This document shows positions 34,578-48,457 of a stretch of 64,000 bases of DNA, piece by piece (position 1 is the first letter of the stretch; each line of letters starts with the position of its first letter). The DNA is from the human T2T-CHM13v2.0 reference genome, Homo sapiens: assembly GCF_009914755.1 (NCBI RefSeq), contig NC_060927.1. One strand, 5' to 3'. Position numbers and translations under genes: made by a program. The notes beneath the pieces were generated by a model. It had not been told where the DNA came from and ran no database searches. It was given only the letters and a program-made list of their open reading frames with translations.

Positions 34578-36129
34578 ATTTTTTTGGAAATTTTAGTTGG
34601 ACACAATCTTCTTTGTCTACAACTCTCCATCCACAAAAACATTACAAGACCATAAATTTAGAGCAAAATCATTTGTTCCTTGTGCTTGTTAAATTTGCTG
34701 AGCCAACAAGGTGCATCAAGAAAAATGAAGAATAAATTTCAGAAGAACTTAAGTTTGGCTAAAATGGGGAGGGTGAGGTCTGCTTTGAAGGGGGCAGAAA
34801 AGAGGGTTCTGTGGGACACATGCACACATGGGCACACAAACAGGCACACACACACACACACCTGCTCCATTTCCTCCTCATCTGCTCTTCATGACTTCTG
34901 GCAGTCTAACTTCCATCCCAAGGCTCCACTCTTAGCCCTTTACTCCTGTTCATCTCTACTTTCTCCCCAAACTCCAACTATTCCCTTTGTGTTAATGATA
35001 TATATACCTCTAGCCTTGTGCTTTCAAAAATAATGGAATCACAGCCTGTCTGATTCATCTAATGCCTTCATTTCACAGATGAAAAAATTGAGGATCCTAG
35101 AGGTCTACAGATATGCCTAAGATCGCACATCTGCTGGTAATTAGAAGAGTTGAGACTCAAGCCAGGTTTCCTAACTACCAGTATAACATTCTCTGATAAC
35201 GTGGTTGTCCCTCTAGTCTACAGTTAGCTATGAATTATCTCCAATACTACAAGCCTCAACATACAATCAGAGAGATAGCAGTCACTTGTAAAATGTTGAG
35301 TCTTAAATAGATAACTGGAGAAAAGTATTTATCATATAAGGTAGTAAAATGGTTAATATTCTTAATCTATAAAAGAGCATCCTATTCACTCAACACATAT
35401 TTACTGAGTGCTCACTAGACAGTTAACAGTGCTAAGCACTGAGAATGCAAAAAGTGATGTAAGAAAAGCATGATTTCTGCTTGCACGTGGTTTACTGTCT
35501 AGTGGACAGAGAAAGACTAACGAGAGAATTCCTGTTATGAAAGGCAGTTGTGCACAGCTTCTCACCCCCTGCATCGTTACATAAGAGCAGCCTTGGGCCT
35601 GGAACATTTTCTTGCACAGAGATAAAGAGTCATCATAGCCTGTGCTAGGCACATCTCTGCTTTGTAATAACTTTCCCCGTTCCGGGTTTCATGTGTACTT
35701 CTTTGTTCTTAAGCGCATGGGTCAATGGCCATCAAGTGCACCTCCAGCTTTCTATAGTTCTGGCCCCAGGGGGATGGGTTGAGGATCTTCACCTGCAGCA
35801 ACAGAGCAGTGTATGCATTCCATCTCCCTGCATCAGCTAGAGGTCAAGACCCACTGCCATGGGGGCACACAGTCATCACTGAAGCTAATCCTGTTCCATC
35901 TCTTCTCTATATGAGTAAAGTGTTTTCCATCCAGTGCCTGTGTGAATCATCTTTCTTGGTGACATGGACATCTCCAAACCATACAGTAAGTTAACATCCT
36001 GGGACTGCTGCTTTGGTGATAAGCAACAGGGGTCATTTGCTCAACAACGACTGTAATGAAACTCTAGCTGAAAGAAAGGAATGCCTGCTTTAAAAGCACA
36101 TAATTTAGGGACTTGACCCAGTTTGGATG

Positions 36130-37250
36130 TATGATCCAGATTAGGGGATGCCGGGGAAGTATCAGTGAAATGACTGAAGTGAGAAAAAAAGTATAAACAA
36201 GTGCTAATTAGTAAAATAATGTACAAAGGTCCTATGGCAGGAGTAAACATGATATATTTGAAAAACTGAAAGAAGGCTGGTTTGTCTTCAGAGCATGAAG
36301 TAAGAAGTAGTATGGGTTAATAGAGACTGGAAAGAGAGATAGAGAATATACCTTGCAGGGCCTTCCAGGTCACATTGAGAATCTGATTGTGAATCCACTA
36401 AGAAATGGACAGCACAGAAGAGTGTTTTACAGAGAGTTTTGACACAGAGAGATCTGGGTTTTGAAGAGATGGGGCCTGTTGGCTTGGGAAAATGGATCAG
36501 AGAGGAAGAAAATGGACACAGAGAGATTTGTGAGACCGTTGCCAAGATCCAGAAAAGTGTGCATGGTAGCTTAGACCAGTGGTTCTCACCAGGGAAATTT
36601 TACTCCTCTGAGGACACTTGGCAATGTCTTGAGACATTCTTGGTTGTCACACCATGTGTGGGAGGATGTTACTGGCAACTAGTAGGGAAAGGTCAAGGAT
36701 GCTACTAAACATCCTACAATATACAGGGCAGTTCCCTCAACAATCATCTGACCTGAAATATCAATAGTGCTCCAACTGAGAAATCCTGGCTCAGACCAAG
36801 ATGGTGGCTGAGAGAGAAGGAAGTACATATTGCAGAGACGATTAAGAGGCTAAAATCAGCAGTAATTAGTGACTGATTGATCGTGTATAATGGGGGAAAC
36901 CCTCAGGTTTCTGGCTTGCTCACCTGGATGAGTGGGGAGTGCCGAGATGAGAAATGCTTGAGGAGTTGATGGTTTGGTAGGGGAAGATAAGGAGCTCTGC
37001 TTGAAACCCTGTAAATGTGAGGTGCCTATATGACACTTGAAAGATGAAAAACACAATTCTCTAGGTCTACAGATCAAGAGGGGAAGCCTGAACCCTGTAT
37101 TTGAGAGCTTCTGTGAATAAAACAGAAGACGTAGGCATGGATGAGATTACCTAGGAAAAGAATACAGAATGAGAAGAAAATAATCCTGGAGACTGAGTCT
37201 TTAGAAACTCCCAGGAAAGGAGCAGGAACCAGCAAAATTGTCTAGAGAAG
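36130..37250 (-). mobile_element. L2 fragment
   Basis: Reverse L2 motifs (caggtttctggcttgctcacctgg, gaggtgcctatatgacacttgaa, ggcatggatgagattacctagg). Confidence 0.75.
36577..36788 (+). mobile_element. MER20 (hAT-Charlie)
   Basis: cagtggttctca...tgagaaatcctg termini; 8-bp TSD gcttagac/gctcagac. Confidence 0.9.
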
Positions 37251-37338
37251 TGGGAGGACATGGCACGCATCAGATGCTTCAAGAGGGCCTGTTTCCTGGC
37301 ACCTTCTCCAACACAAGCACCACTGATTATTATTGCTA

Positions 37339-37635
37339 TTTTTTTTTGAGACAGGGTATTGCTCTATAGTCCAGGCTAGAGTGCAGTGGCATGATCTCAG
37401 CATCTCAGCTCACTGCAGCCTCCACCTCCCAGATTCAAGTAATTCTCGTGCCTCAGCCTCCTGAGTAGCTGGGACAGGCATGCACCACCACACCTGGCTA
37501 ATTTTTGTATTTTTTGGTAGAGACGGGGTTTCACCATTTTGGCCAGGCTGGCCTTGAACTCATGACCTCAGGTGATCAGCTGACCTCGGCCTCCCAGAGT
37601 GCTAGGATTACATGCGTGAGCCCCTGTGCCTGGCC
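37339..37635 (-). mobile_element. AluS
   Basis: Reverse Alu. Confidence 0.93.
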
Positions 37636-39033
37636 TAGATCTTTTTAAACTTTGCTAAGCTAATCAAGTCTAATCAGTTTTTTTTTAATCTTGTTTAAAT
37701 ATACCAAAGTTTTAGTTGACAATTTTTGGTAAATAATGAGATTAAGCATCTCTGCCATGTTAGTCAGCCATTCATATTTCTTTTGTAAATTGGCCAATGC
37801 ATGTGACTTGCCCATTTTCTATTTCAGATATTCATATTTTTCTATAGACTTTAGTATATCTTACGGTTTTAAACTCTTTACTGTCACATTCTTAGGTATT
37901 TCCTGAGAATTTATCTTTTTTTTGGTGGGGGGGGGTTGCAGTGGGTGGTGTCTTTCTATTCAGTCATTTTTCATTTTCATGGATTCAAATTTGTTGACTT
38001 TATTTCTCTTCCTGCTTTGACTGCATAGTAGAAGAGACTGTTCTTTCCCAAGGATGATAAAAATGTTCTTCTACATTTTTTAGGATGTCAAATTATTTTA
38101 TACATTTAAATTTTTAAACCACCTAAAATCTATTTTTGTGGGTGATGAGTAATTAGAATCCTTTTCCAAATGAGCCAGTTGTTTCAATACCAATTATTGA
38201 ATAATATGTTATTTCAACCTGTTCTTTATCTTATACTCCTATATCCAATAGTCTGTTGTGGCCTATCTTTTTTGTTCTTTAGATCTCTCAGTATATTCCT
38301 GTGCCCAAGCCAGGCTGTTTTTATTACTGTGGCTTTACAATATGTTTTGATAGCTGGTGGGCAAATCTGTATTATTTTATAATCAGGAAAACTCACAAAG
38401 GAGTGTGTGTGTGTGTCTGTGTGTGTGTGTGTTCTTGCATGTGGAAGGTGGATGAGGAAATGCCTTTGAATGACTAGGTCTACTTTGGAAGCTGCAAAGG
38501 AGTTTGACACAGTGCCTGGAGCAGAGTTTCCAGAAAAGCTTGGAAAAATAAAAGGAGAATTGGAGACTACAGGGCTCTCAAAGGAGGCTGATGCTCACAC
38601 TTACAAGGTCTGTAGGTTGATGCAAGCAGAGAGGAAAGCTGGCATGGACTGATCTCTGTTATTTTTATACACTAGCACTAACTGCCTTTCAAGGCCCATT
38701 AGGCCTGGAAACCTTTTCCCAGCCCCTGGGAAGTCACTGGGGATGCTAAGGTTAGTCATTCACCCACTGGGGCTATCTAACTGAGCTCAGGTCCGGGTGC
38801 ACTGCCAGCAGCTGTTTGTGTACTTACAGCCCCCTGGGTGCAGACGGACCCCCAGCTGCCAGCCATATGCCTTATGTTTCATTGTCCCACAGCTTTCAAA
38901 GAAAACAAGTCTTTTAATTCAGCAAGTATTCACTGAATGTCTGACACCCCCAGTGCAGACCCTGTCCCAATCCCCCAATGGGGTCCACCTCTATCCAACT
39001 CTGGGTGAATGACCATGGTGCTCTTGCGCGCGG

Positions 39034-39034
<1 letters not shown>

Positions 39035-39070
<36 letters not shown>
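39035..39070 (+). repeat. (CA)18 microsatellite preceded by GCGCGCG
   Basis: Direct reading. Confidence 0.97.
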
Positions 39071-39072
<2 letters not shown>

Positions 39073-40169
39073 CACACACACATAACTCAGGCTTGGGGCC
39101 CACCTCTCTGGGCTCAGAGGTATCAAAGCAGGGGCATTCCTATCTTAAGGACTTCTTGTCTTAGGGGCTTTGGCCCCACCTGCACAGGACAGAAAATTAG
39201 TGGATTTCTAGGAGAAAGCAGGCTATGGCAGGGTATAGCCAGGGACTCAGCTCTTCCTTCCAGACATGCAGGAACCATAAGGAGGGATGGTCAAACAGGG
39301 CCTGCTTAGGCCTCTTGCTGGGATCACTCCAAGGGTCTCTGGGGTCACTCAGAGGAGCCGGGAGGCTGCCTGCTGCTGTACACTGAGACAGACTCCTGGG
39401 GTGTTTGGATCACGGCAGCCCACATGCTGCCTTTTTGTTATCTTTTCTGTTTTGCCTCTTCCGGGCTGTACTTGTCTTGAGTTTTTGGCCTTATGACATC
39501 CATATTAAATGGGGTAGGGCAGAGCATTGCTCAGTAAACAGCAAGAATGGCCCTGGGCATGGCCAAGGCAGTTCTGCTAAGTGTGAAAGGGAATGTGCCT
39601 GCCATACTTTGTGCTTTAGGCCCAAGTGACCTAGGGGCCAGCCTGCCTACTGGCCTCACTCCCAACATTACAGGTGTTTGACTCTACTCCACCCCGTGGA
39701 GAGACGGAGCACAGGAGCCACCCACCGGGGGACCACATAAGGTCATGCACACCCACAGAGTGCCCAGTCCCTGCCTGGCCTTGTCCCCATTTTCCCTCCA
39801 CCTAGGGTTGGGGTGACAATGGAGGTAACTAGAAGACAGATCAAAAGGTTCTTGGTCTTGACACAGATGCAAGAAGGAGGCAGATAATAGACACCTCCCT
39901 TCCCCCTCGCCCACATAGGCTCCGGTGGGTTCTCAGGGCAAGGCCTGGCTCCCTCCTCTCCGACTTCAGGTACAGGTGAGTGTGGAGGGAACTGAAAGAG
40001 GAAAGGTGAAGTGCTGTTTGGCTTCGACCTGGAGGGGGACAGAAGGCTCTCTGGGCAGGCAGGGCCGGTCTTTTGGCAAGAGGCGCGCTCTCTCTCCCTT
40101 CCCCTTCCATCGAGGGCTGGGTGTGAAGGTGAGAGCAATCAGAAAAGAAGGTGAAGAGGTACTTGGCCT

Positions 40170-40600
40170 TGACACGGACGGGGGGGGCGGTCCCAGGCCG
40201 AGGCCGCCCCGCCCCCGCCCCGCTATACCCGGCGCCGCCTCCCGGCGTCTGAGCTGACACCTCCTTAGCGCTGGCCGCGGGCCGCCTCTGCGGCAGCGCT
40301 AGTCGCCTTCTCCGAATCGGCTCCGCACAGGTAAGATCAGGGGACCCGGCGCCTGAGCTGCCGAGGAAGGAGTCGGGGGTGCTGCGTGAGACTGAGAGTT
40401 GGGAGGCAAAGAAACAAAATCGGATTTCCTCAGAGGGCCAGAGGAAGAGACTGAAACACGGTAGCCCCAAATCCTTGGGCGGCTGGGAGGTGGTCCCTGT
40501 CATGCCCACGACGGGGGGGCGCGTCTTTACCGACAGCCTGCATGGATCCGCAGATGTGCTGGGCGCTTAGATGCCTGCGGCTATGCAGAGACGCAGTCCA
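40170..40600 (+). promoter_or_regulatory. ENTPD3: ENTPD3 CpG-island promoter with Sp/KLF/EGR-type GC boxes and weak TATA-like element
   Basis: Only dense CpG region of the window; GGGGGGCGG ~40182-40190, overlapping CCCCGCCCCCGCCCC 40207-40221, TATA 40224-40227 about 20-25 nt before the presumed TSS. Confidence 0.85.
40247..40330 (+). other. ENTPD3: ENTPD3 non-coding exon 1 (5' end approximate)
   Basis: CpG-rich, ATG-free segment downstream of GC boxes and a TATA-like motif, ending at strong donor CAG|gtaaga (40330/40331). The TSS cannot be fixed from sequence. Confidence 0.8.
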
Positions 40601-41126
40601 GAGAGGTGACCCCAGATCCTGGTGGGGGCTGGATCCCAGGGCCCCGACATCCCTTTGCAATTTCCAGCCAGCAGCTAAAGACTCCCTTCCCGGGGCTTTA
40701 GAGAGGCTCCAGGCTCGCGATCCATGAACACACAAAAACCTTCCTTGCTCATGTTCTGAAGAAAAGCCCCGCCTCAGCTTTGTGAATGTTAATAATAGGG
40801 GGAAGATTTGTTCTCTCTTGGGTGTGTGTACAGGTGGAACAATCTGCAGAAAAAGACCTTTTTTCGGAAAACCTTTTCAGTTTGAAGTTTCAGCAAATCC
40901 ATTTTTCATTTCCTTGCATTTGGGGAGATGACATGGAATTTAAGCTCCAGCTTTGGGGCTGTCTCTGAAGTTCTGGGGTTCGGCTTACCTTTCCCGGGAT
41001 GAGGTTTTGATTTGGAGGAAGTAAAATGGGTTTTGTCTTAACCTGGGCTCGTTCTTTAAACTTGTGAGGCCGGGGCGGTGGACTTACTGACATCCTGTAT
41101 TCTCTCACCTGCAGCTAGGAGAAAAG

Positions 41127-41166
41127 ATGTTCACTGTGCTGACCCGCCAACCATGTGAGCAAGCAG
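41127..41166 (+). CDS. ENTPD3: ENTPD3 first coding exon (exon 2; exon starts 41115, ATG 41127), MFTVLTRQPCEQA + first base of Gly14
   Basis: Acceptor tctctcacctgcag|ctagg at 41114/41115; aaaagATGt with A at -3; donor CAG|gttagt after 41166; 40 coding nt (phase 1); peptide matches the recalled human NTPDase3 N-terminus including Cys10. Confidence 0.96.
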
Positions 41167-41640
41167 GTTAGTATCTCTCAGCAGGTAGCAAGCGTGGTTT
41201 TGCCAAATCGCAAGAGAACCCCAGCTTCGGCCTACAGTTTTTCATCCATATCCCCTGCAAATGATTGTTTAACTTTATTGGTTTGAGACTCAGTACTCAG
41301 CTGGGTTTCAACACCGGCATTCCTCAAATAAAAGTAATGCTTTTCATCAAAGCCACACAAAACAAGGACTAACATGCATGTTTCACTTAAATGGTTTTTC
41401 CGGTTTGTATAATCCATTAATTTGGCCCTTGTGGTTTCCCTTAGCTAGCTGTGTGTAACGTTTGCTTTAGAATACTGTATTGTTGATTTTGTGATCAATT
41501 GTACAGTACTTGGATCTTTCCTGTATTCCCATCCAAATGTTGCTGGCACAGTGCCTACAACACCCCCACCCCTCACTGTGAGTCAGTGTTGTTATGGTTG
41601 ATACTGCAGGCACAAGTGCAGGATTTTCTCACACTGGAAG

Positions 41641-41641
<1 letters not shown>

Positions 41642-41682
<41 letters not shown>
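41642..41682 (+). repeat. (CA)20 microsatellite in ENTPD3 intron 2
   Basis: Direct reading. Confidence 0.97.
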
Positions 41683-41684
<2 letters not shown>

Positions 41685-42979
41685 CTAAGCTTGCCCCGCC
41701 TGCCTCTAGAGCACTTTTTGGAGTTGCTCATGTGGAAGCCCAGAAGGCTCTGGCTTCTCCAAGCTCAGGTAGGTACCTTGCAATTACCATGTTTGTCCAG
41801 CCCTAATGACAGCACAGCTCTAGGCTGCATTTCCTAAATGAGTAAGACCTGGTCTCATCCATTTTGCTTTGTAATAAGCTTTTCTGCAAGGACAAGAGTT
41901 TGCTTAAGGTAATCATAGCTTTTTACTTGAAAACTGCTGAAACACAGAAGACTTAGGAGGCCAGCCACGTAGCTGTGGTCAGGAAACTGCATACATATCA
42001 CACACTCCTCCCCCATGGATAGACATTCTTTAGTCATGCCCCTAAATTGGGTATTCTTGTCTTCCAAAAGGATATGATTTTAGGATAGTAAGGGCAATCT
42101 ATATGAACTTTTATTTTTGTAAAGGGACATTGCACTTGAGGAGCTGTTTTCCTTTGATCTTTAGGTTTTCCCCCAAAACACTTTGAAATGTTAACACAGA
42201 TTGTAACGTCACTCATACAGACTAACCTGTTACATTCCTTCCAAAGGACAAGTTTAACTTGGCAGATTAAATTTCTACCCCATTTTGTTAGAGGGAAAAA
42301 ATCCCTTAAACTTCTATAACTAACACTGACAAATGCATTCTTTGAAAGCTAATGCAAAAGTTTGCCTCTGTGGATTAACTGGTTCCTGTACTTTTATTTG
42401 GAATCACAGAAAAGTGATACAGGACCTCTTTACATGCTCTGCAGGTCAACTCCATGGCAGTTGGCTCTCCTTTCCATTGCTATTACCCACAATTCTGTAA
42501 TGAGTAACCTTGTGTCTAAGTCATTTTACACATGTGGAGCTAGTTCTGTGGGATAACTTCCCAAAAGAGTGATTGTGAGTCAGATGGCATGCTTATTTGC
42601 AGTTTTCATAAATATTGACAAGTTGCCCTCCATTGATGCTGTACCAGTTTACACTTTCAATGACAAGGTAGGAGGATTAAGGTGTTAAGTGACCAACTTT
42701 GACACCAAGAAGTGTCTGTGACTGCAGCTACACTGCAGGGGAATCAGTTGAGATGGAAAGAGTTAGCTGTTCTGAGCCATGAAGACCTACTGCGTGACTG
42801 CCCTCCTGTAGCAAATGTTGTGATGTGACTGAATTTGGGGGCTGAATCTAATTATATCGTGGGCGCATAGACATGCCCTGTTATTCTTCTGGGAAAATGG
42901 CTTACAGAAATAATGGAGGGGTAAAGCATAGGTTATAATGATCTAGGAATAATGTTCTGGAATAAGACAGGATCTATCC

Positions 42980-43170
42980 AATTGCTGTTCAATTGATCTT
43001 CCTATAATGATGAAAATGTTATATGGCTGCACTGTCCAATATAGTAGCCACTAGCCCACATGTGGTTATTGAACACTGGAAATGTGGCTAGTAAGATTGA
43101 GAGACTGCATTTTTTTATTTTAATTAATTTACATTTAGATAGCCAATTGATTAGATATATATTGGAATTC
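42980..43170. mobile_element. MER3
   Basis: tgcactgtccaatatagtagccactagcccacatgtggttattgaacactggaaatgtggctagt. Confidence 0.85.
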
Positions 43171-43261
43171 AATGAATCTAGTGATCTTTCTATTAGTGTT
43201 CATCATATTTCAACCATTTGGTTGTCATTTATGTTGATGTCCCAATAGTTTTACCAAGACT

Positions 43262-43551
43262 ATTATTATTATTTTTTTAGAGACAAGGTCTCACTCTGTC
43301 ACCAGGCTGGAGTATAGCGGCACAGCTCACTGCAGCCTTGAGCTCCTGGGATCAAAGGATCCTCCAACTTCAACCTCCTGAGTAGCTTGGGCTACAGGTG
43401 TGCACCACATGTACAGTTGATTTTTTTCATTTTTTGTAGAGACGGGGTCTCACTATGTGGCTCAGGCTGGCATCTAACGCCTGGCCTCAAGCATCTTCCC
43501 ATCTCAGCCTCTCAAAGCTGGGATTACAGGCATAAGCCACTATACCCAGCC
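43262..43551 (-). mobile_element. AluJ
   Basis: Reverse Alu; TSD caaga(c/t)tattatt. Confidence 0.92.
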
Positions 43552-44011
43552 CAAGATTATTATTTAGTCAGTATTTTCATTGAATGTCTTTTTATCTTTT
43601 TAAAAAATTAGGTATAACTTCTATTCAGTGAAATGGATAGATCTTAAGTTGTGCCCCTAAGTTGGGTGTTCTTGCCTTCTAAAAGTATGTTTTTAGAATA
43701 GTAAGGGCAATTTATAAGTTTATAATGTTTTTTTAAAAGGAAATTATACCTAAGACACTGATTTGCTTTCATTTTCAAGTTTTCTCCAAAGGACTTTGAA
43801 AGGTTTGATGAGTTTTGACAAATGCACACATCCATATACTCCACACTCTGTATAGCGCATTGCCATTACCCCAAGAAAGTGCCCACATATTCCTTCTCAG
43901 TGAATCCCTGCCCCAACTTCTGCCCCCTGGCAATCACTATTCTGATTCCTGTTACCTTCCTACTTTTGAACTTCAAATAAATGAAATCATTTCAGTATAG
44001 TATAGTACTAA

Positions 44012-44354
<343 letters not shown>

Positions 44355-44414
44355 TGAAATATTCTATGAGATTATTTTTAAGTGAAATATTCTATCACCT
44401 GGTTTAATTTTTTA

Positions 44415-44766
<352 letters not shown>

Positions 44767-45079
44767 TAAAACAAATGTTATTGTAATTCATCTCAGGGAT
44801 AACCAAAATATCAGAAAACTAGACCATGCATACCCTCCCTGCAACACTGTTTTAGTACACAATTTGTGAGGAAGGGCAAATAGGTATTGTTTGTGCTTCC
44901 CCAAAACTGGGGAGAAGGGGAGCTTATTTGCTACTCCATCTTAGAAGTGTGGGTCTCGCTAACACCAGAGAAGGTGGTTTATGCACCTGATTATGGGGCC
45001 AGTCCATCAATTCTACAAAGAATACCAGTGCCTGGTTTTTACCTCCCCCTCAAGTGTCTTCTGGGTCTTCTCATTTTAG

Positions 45080-45207
45080 GCCTCAAGGCCCTCTACCGAA
45101 CTCCAACCATCATTGCCTTGGTGGTCTTGCTTGTGAGTATTGTGGTACTTGTGAGTATCACTGTCATCCAGATCCACAAGCAAGAGGTCCTCCCTCCAGG
45201 ACTGAAG
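45080..45207 (+). CDS. ENTPD3: ENTPD3 exon 3, N-terminal transmembrane helix (GLKALYRTPTIIALVVLLVSIVVLVSITVIQIHKQEVLPPGLK)
   Basis: Acceptor tcttctcattttag|gc, donor AAG|gtaagt; 128 nt, cumulative 168 nt = 56 codons; hydrophobic TM stretch; lies inside ORF 44887..45288. Confidence 0.97.
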
Positions 45208-45516
45208 GTAAGTGTGAAGGGACTGGCAACAAAGGGAAGAAATGAGCATAAAGGGGAAGAAATCAATTATTCCAAAACCATGAGTTAGAAGAGCAGAAAA
45301 TCCTTTCCCCCCATCTCTGGCTGAAGCCAGGAGAAGTTAGTGTAAGACGCAAGGGAGAAGGTCTGGACATGCTGGGTTTGTGATATTTGAGGCTACAAAT
45401 TGAGGGTAGTGACTGACACCTTCTCCAAGGACTGTGTAGTCTTGCTTTGACTTCTGACTTCAAAGCTAAAATTTGTAACCAAGAGTTGCAGATAGCTATC
45501 AAAGATTTACCAGTTC

Positions 45517-45880
45517 AGCCAGGTGCGGTGGCTCACGCCTGTAAGGCACTTTGGGAGGCTGAGGCAGGTGGATTGCTTGAGTCCACGAGTTCGAGACTAG
45601 CTTGGGCAACATGGTGAAACCCATCTCTATCAAAAAAAAAAAAAAAAAATTTACCGGTTAGTGCACTTTCCATTTTGACCAGTTTATCTGTTCTCCCAAC
45701 CACACAACCCTGATAATGAGTAAAGACTGAGGCTGAGCACAGTGGCTCATGTCTGTAATTCCAGCACTTCGAGAGGCCGAGGAAGAAGGATTGCTTGAGC
45801 CCAGGAGTTCAAGACCAACCTGGGCAATATAGAGAGACTCCATCTCTACCAAAAAGAAATTTTTCCAAAAAAAGGAAAAA
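45517..45880 (+). mobile_element. Two Alu left monomers/FLAM (45517-45649, 45731-45880)
   Basis: Single-arm Alu sequences, each followed by an A-rich tail. Confidence 0.85.
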
Positions 45881-46853
45881 AGAAGTCAAGACCAGGAGAC
45901 CCAGGCACCTCTTCTAGCCTAGGCTGAGTGAACAAAAAATCAAGAACTTGAGAAGGTCTCCTTGAGCTCTATTTGTGCTGCTACTCTTGAGTCTAGAACA
46001 TGTGCTGTGTTCCTTCCAACACTTCCCTCAACAACACCCCCCCGGCAAAAAAAAAAAAAAAATTACTCAGGACCTTGTGCTTAGTCCCAGAGGCCCCTCT
46101 TAGTTCTCAACAAGTCCATCCCCAAATGATCTTTAGGCTCAGAATCATAATATATCCCCAGGCTTGGCTCTGAGGGTGCCCTTGGAGACAGGAGGTGATT
46201 CCATGAGAGGCTGACAAGGGAAAGATGAAGCAAGTTGATGAGTCCTTCAATCATTTTGGGTAGGGGTCAGCAAACATTTCTCATAAAGGGTCAAATAGTA
46301 TATATTTTAGGCTTTGAGGTCCATTTATAGTCTCTGTTTTATAACTCTTCTTTGTTTTTTGACTCATTAAGAATGTACAAACCCTTCTTAGCTGTGCCAT
46401 AGGGACCAGGTAATTCAGCCATGTTCTTTGAATCTCATTTAACATTTACACTTGACCTCACAAGTCTTTTCCATATCTTCCTGCTGTTAGTGACTATTCA
46501 AAGGTAATATTTGAAATACATAGACATTTTTAAAAGAAAAGAAACTAATATTGTTTTGGACTCTAAGGATGGGTTTGAGCTAACATTCTAAGGCAGCTTT
46601 TCTAAAAGATTAGAGTAAAATCTCCATTAGATAATATAATAGCATTTGGTTCCTTGATAGGATATTTTATTTAAGAATCTCAGCCCTCATGAATAATGTG
46701 AATTAAAAATTAAAAAAAACCTTATGCAATCACCCAATAATGAGAAGAAAGCAAATTACCCAGTTGTCCAAAGATATTAGCTGAGGCCTAAAAGAAGGTG
46801 TTTTCCCAAGCTCCAGGCACTGCCTTCTACAAACTACTGTATATAAAATTGGG

Positions 46854-47129
46854 ACTTTGGGAGGCCGAGGCAGGCGGATCACGAGGTCAGGAGATTGAGA
46901 CCGTCCTGGCTAACGTGGTGAAACCCCATCTCTACTAAAAATACAAAAAATTAGCTGGGCTTGGTGGTGGGCGCCTGTAGTCCCAGCTAGCTACTCAGGA
47001 GGCTGAGGCAGGAGAATGGCGTGAACCCGGGAGGTGGAGGTTGCAGTGAGCTGAGATAGTGCCAACTGCATTCCAGCCTGGGCAACAGAGCGAGACTCTG
47101 TCTCAAAAAAAAAAAAAAAAAAAAAAAAA
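46854..47129 (+). mobile_element. AluY-like, 5'-truncated
   Basis: gatcacgaggtcaggag, cctggctaac, gagaatggcgtgaacccgggagg diagnostics; A25 tail. Confidence 0.94.
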
Positions 47130-47152
47130 GGAACTGCAACTAAGAGTAATAT

Positions 47153-47597
<445 letters not shown>

Positions 47598-48457
47598 TGA
47601 CTGCCATTTTGAAAGTGAGAAAATACAGGTTTGGTCAGTGAATGACAGGTCCAGAACTGAAACCTGGTCCCTTCTGTTCCCAAGGCCAGGGCTCTCTTCA
47701 CTGCCTCCCACTTCTCCCTGACCCTGAGTTCTGAATGGAGATCCCAAATGGAGGGAAGGGATTGGCCTCAGATAAGAGAACACTTCCTGCTTTGCACAGG
47801 ATGGAAAGGTAGGGAGGATGCATGCAGATGTGGGAAGGTTTGTTGAATTGAAGGAGAGGAGTTAAGCCTAGTACCACCCTTAGACCCTGATAGCTGGGCT
47901 GCCTGCCCTGGGCCCCACATTTCAGAAGGACCAGCTCTAGTTGCACTTCAGGCTTATCTCTCTCTATGACCCAAACGAATGTGTTTACCCAGAGCCCATG
48001 TTTCCCCTTCTAGAACACACTGTGGTGCCCAAGACTTCAGAATCTAGGGTCTTCGTGGACCTCCAGAAGGTGGACATCACCAATGGTCTGAGGGGTGGCC
48101 AAGAGGCAGCTGCTTACAGGGAGTGTAAACAGAGCATAGCTGTGTGGTCTGAACTGTCCACACACAGGTGCATGGGCTCTTTATTCTGTGAGAACAGGTT
48201 TGGGAAAGGGACAGGGCAGAAGCCTCTATTCATAAAATTTTGTCTCTAATCCTACAAATGTTAGAAATGGGCTGGTTAAGGCAGTTGCCAGCTGATGGCT
48301 TCTACTTGTTCTGGACAGTAACAGGCAAGTCCTCTGTTCAAAATGGAGAGACATGGAGGAATCAGATGGAAGACTAGTAAAATGAGTAGATAAAAATAGA
48401 TCCCTGGGCAGTCTAGAGGGCACTGTTGAAGGAGAAAACCACACATGTTGAATGCTA

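Noticed and set aside
39841-40509. 222-aa minus-strand ORF over the promoter
   Set aside because: GC-rich CpG-island DNA is poor in stop codons; the sequence is low-complexity with no recognisable domain.
44887-45288. 133-aa ORF as a stand-alone membrane protein
   Set aside because: It is ENTPD3 exon 3 plus intronic read-through; it starts at TTG and has canonical splice sites inside it.
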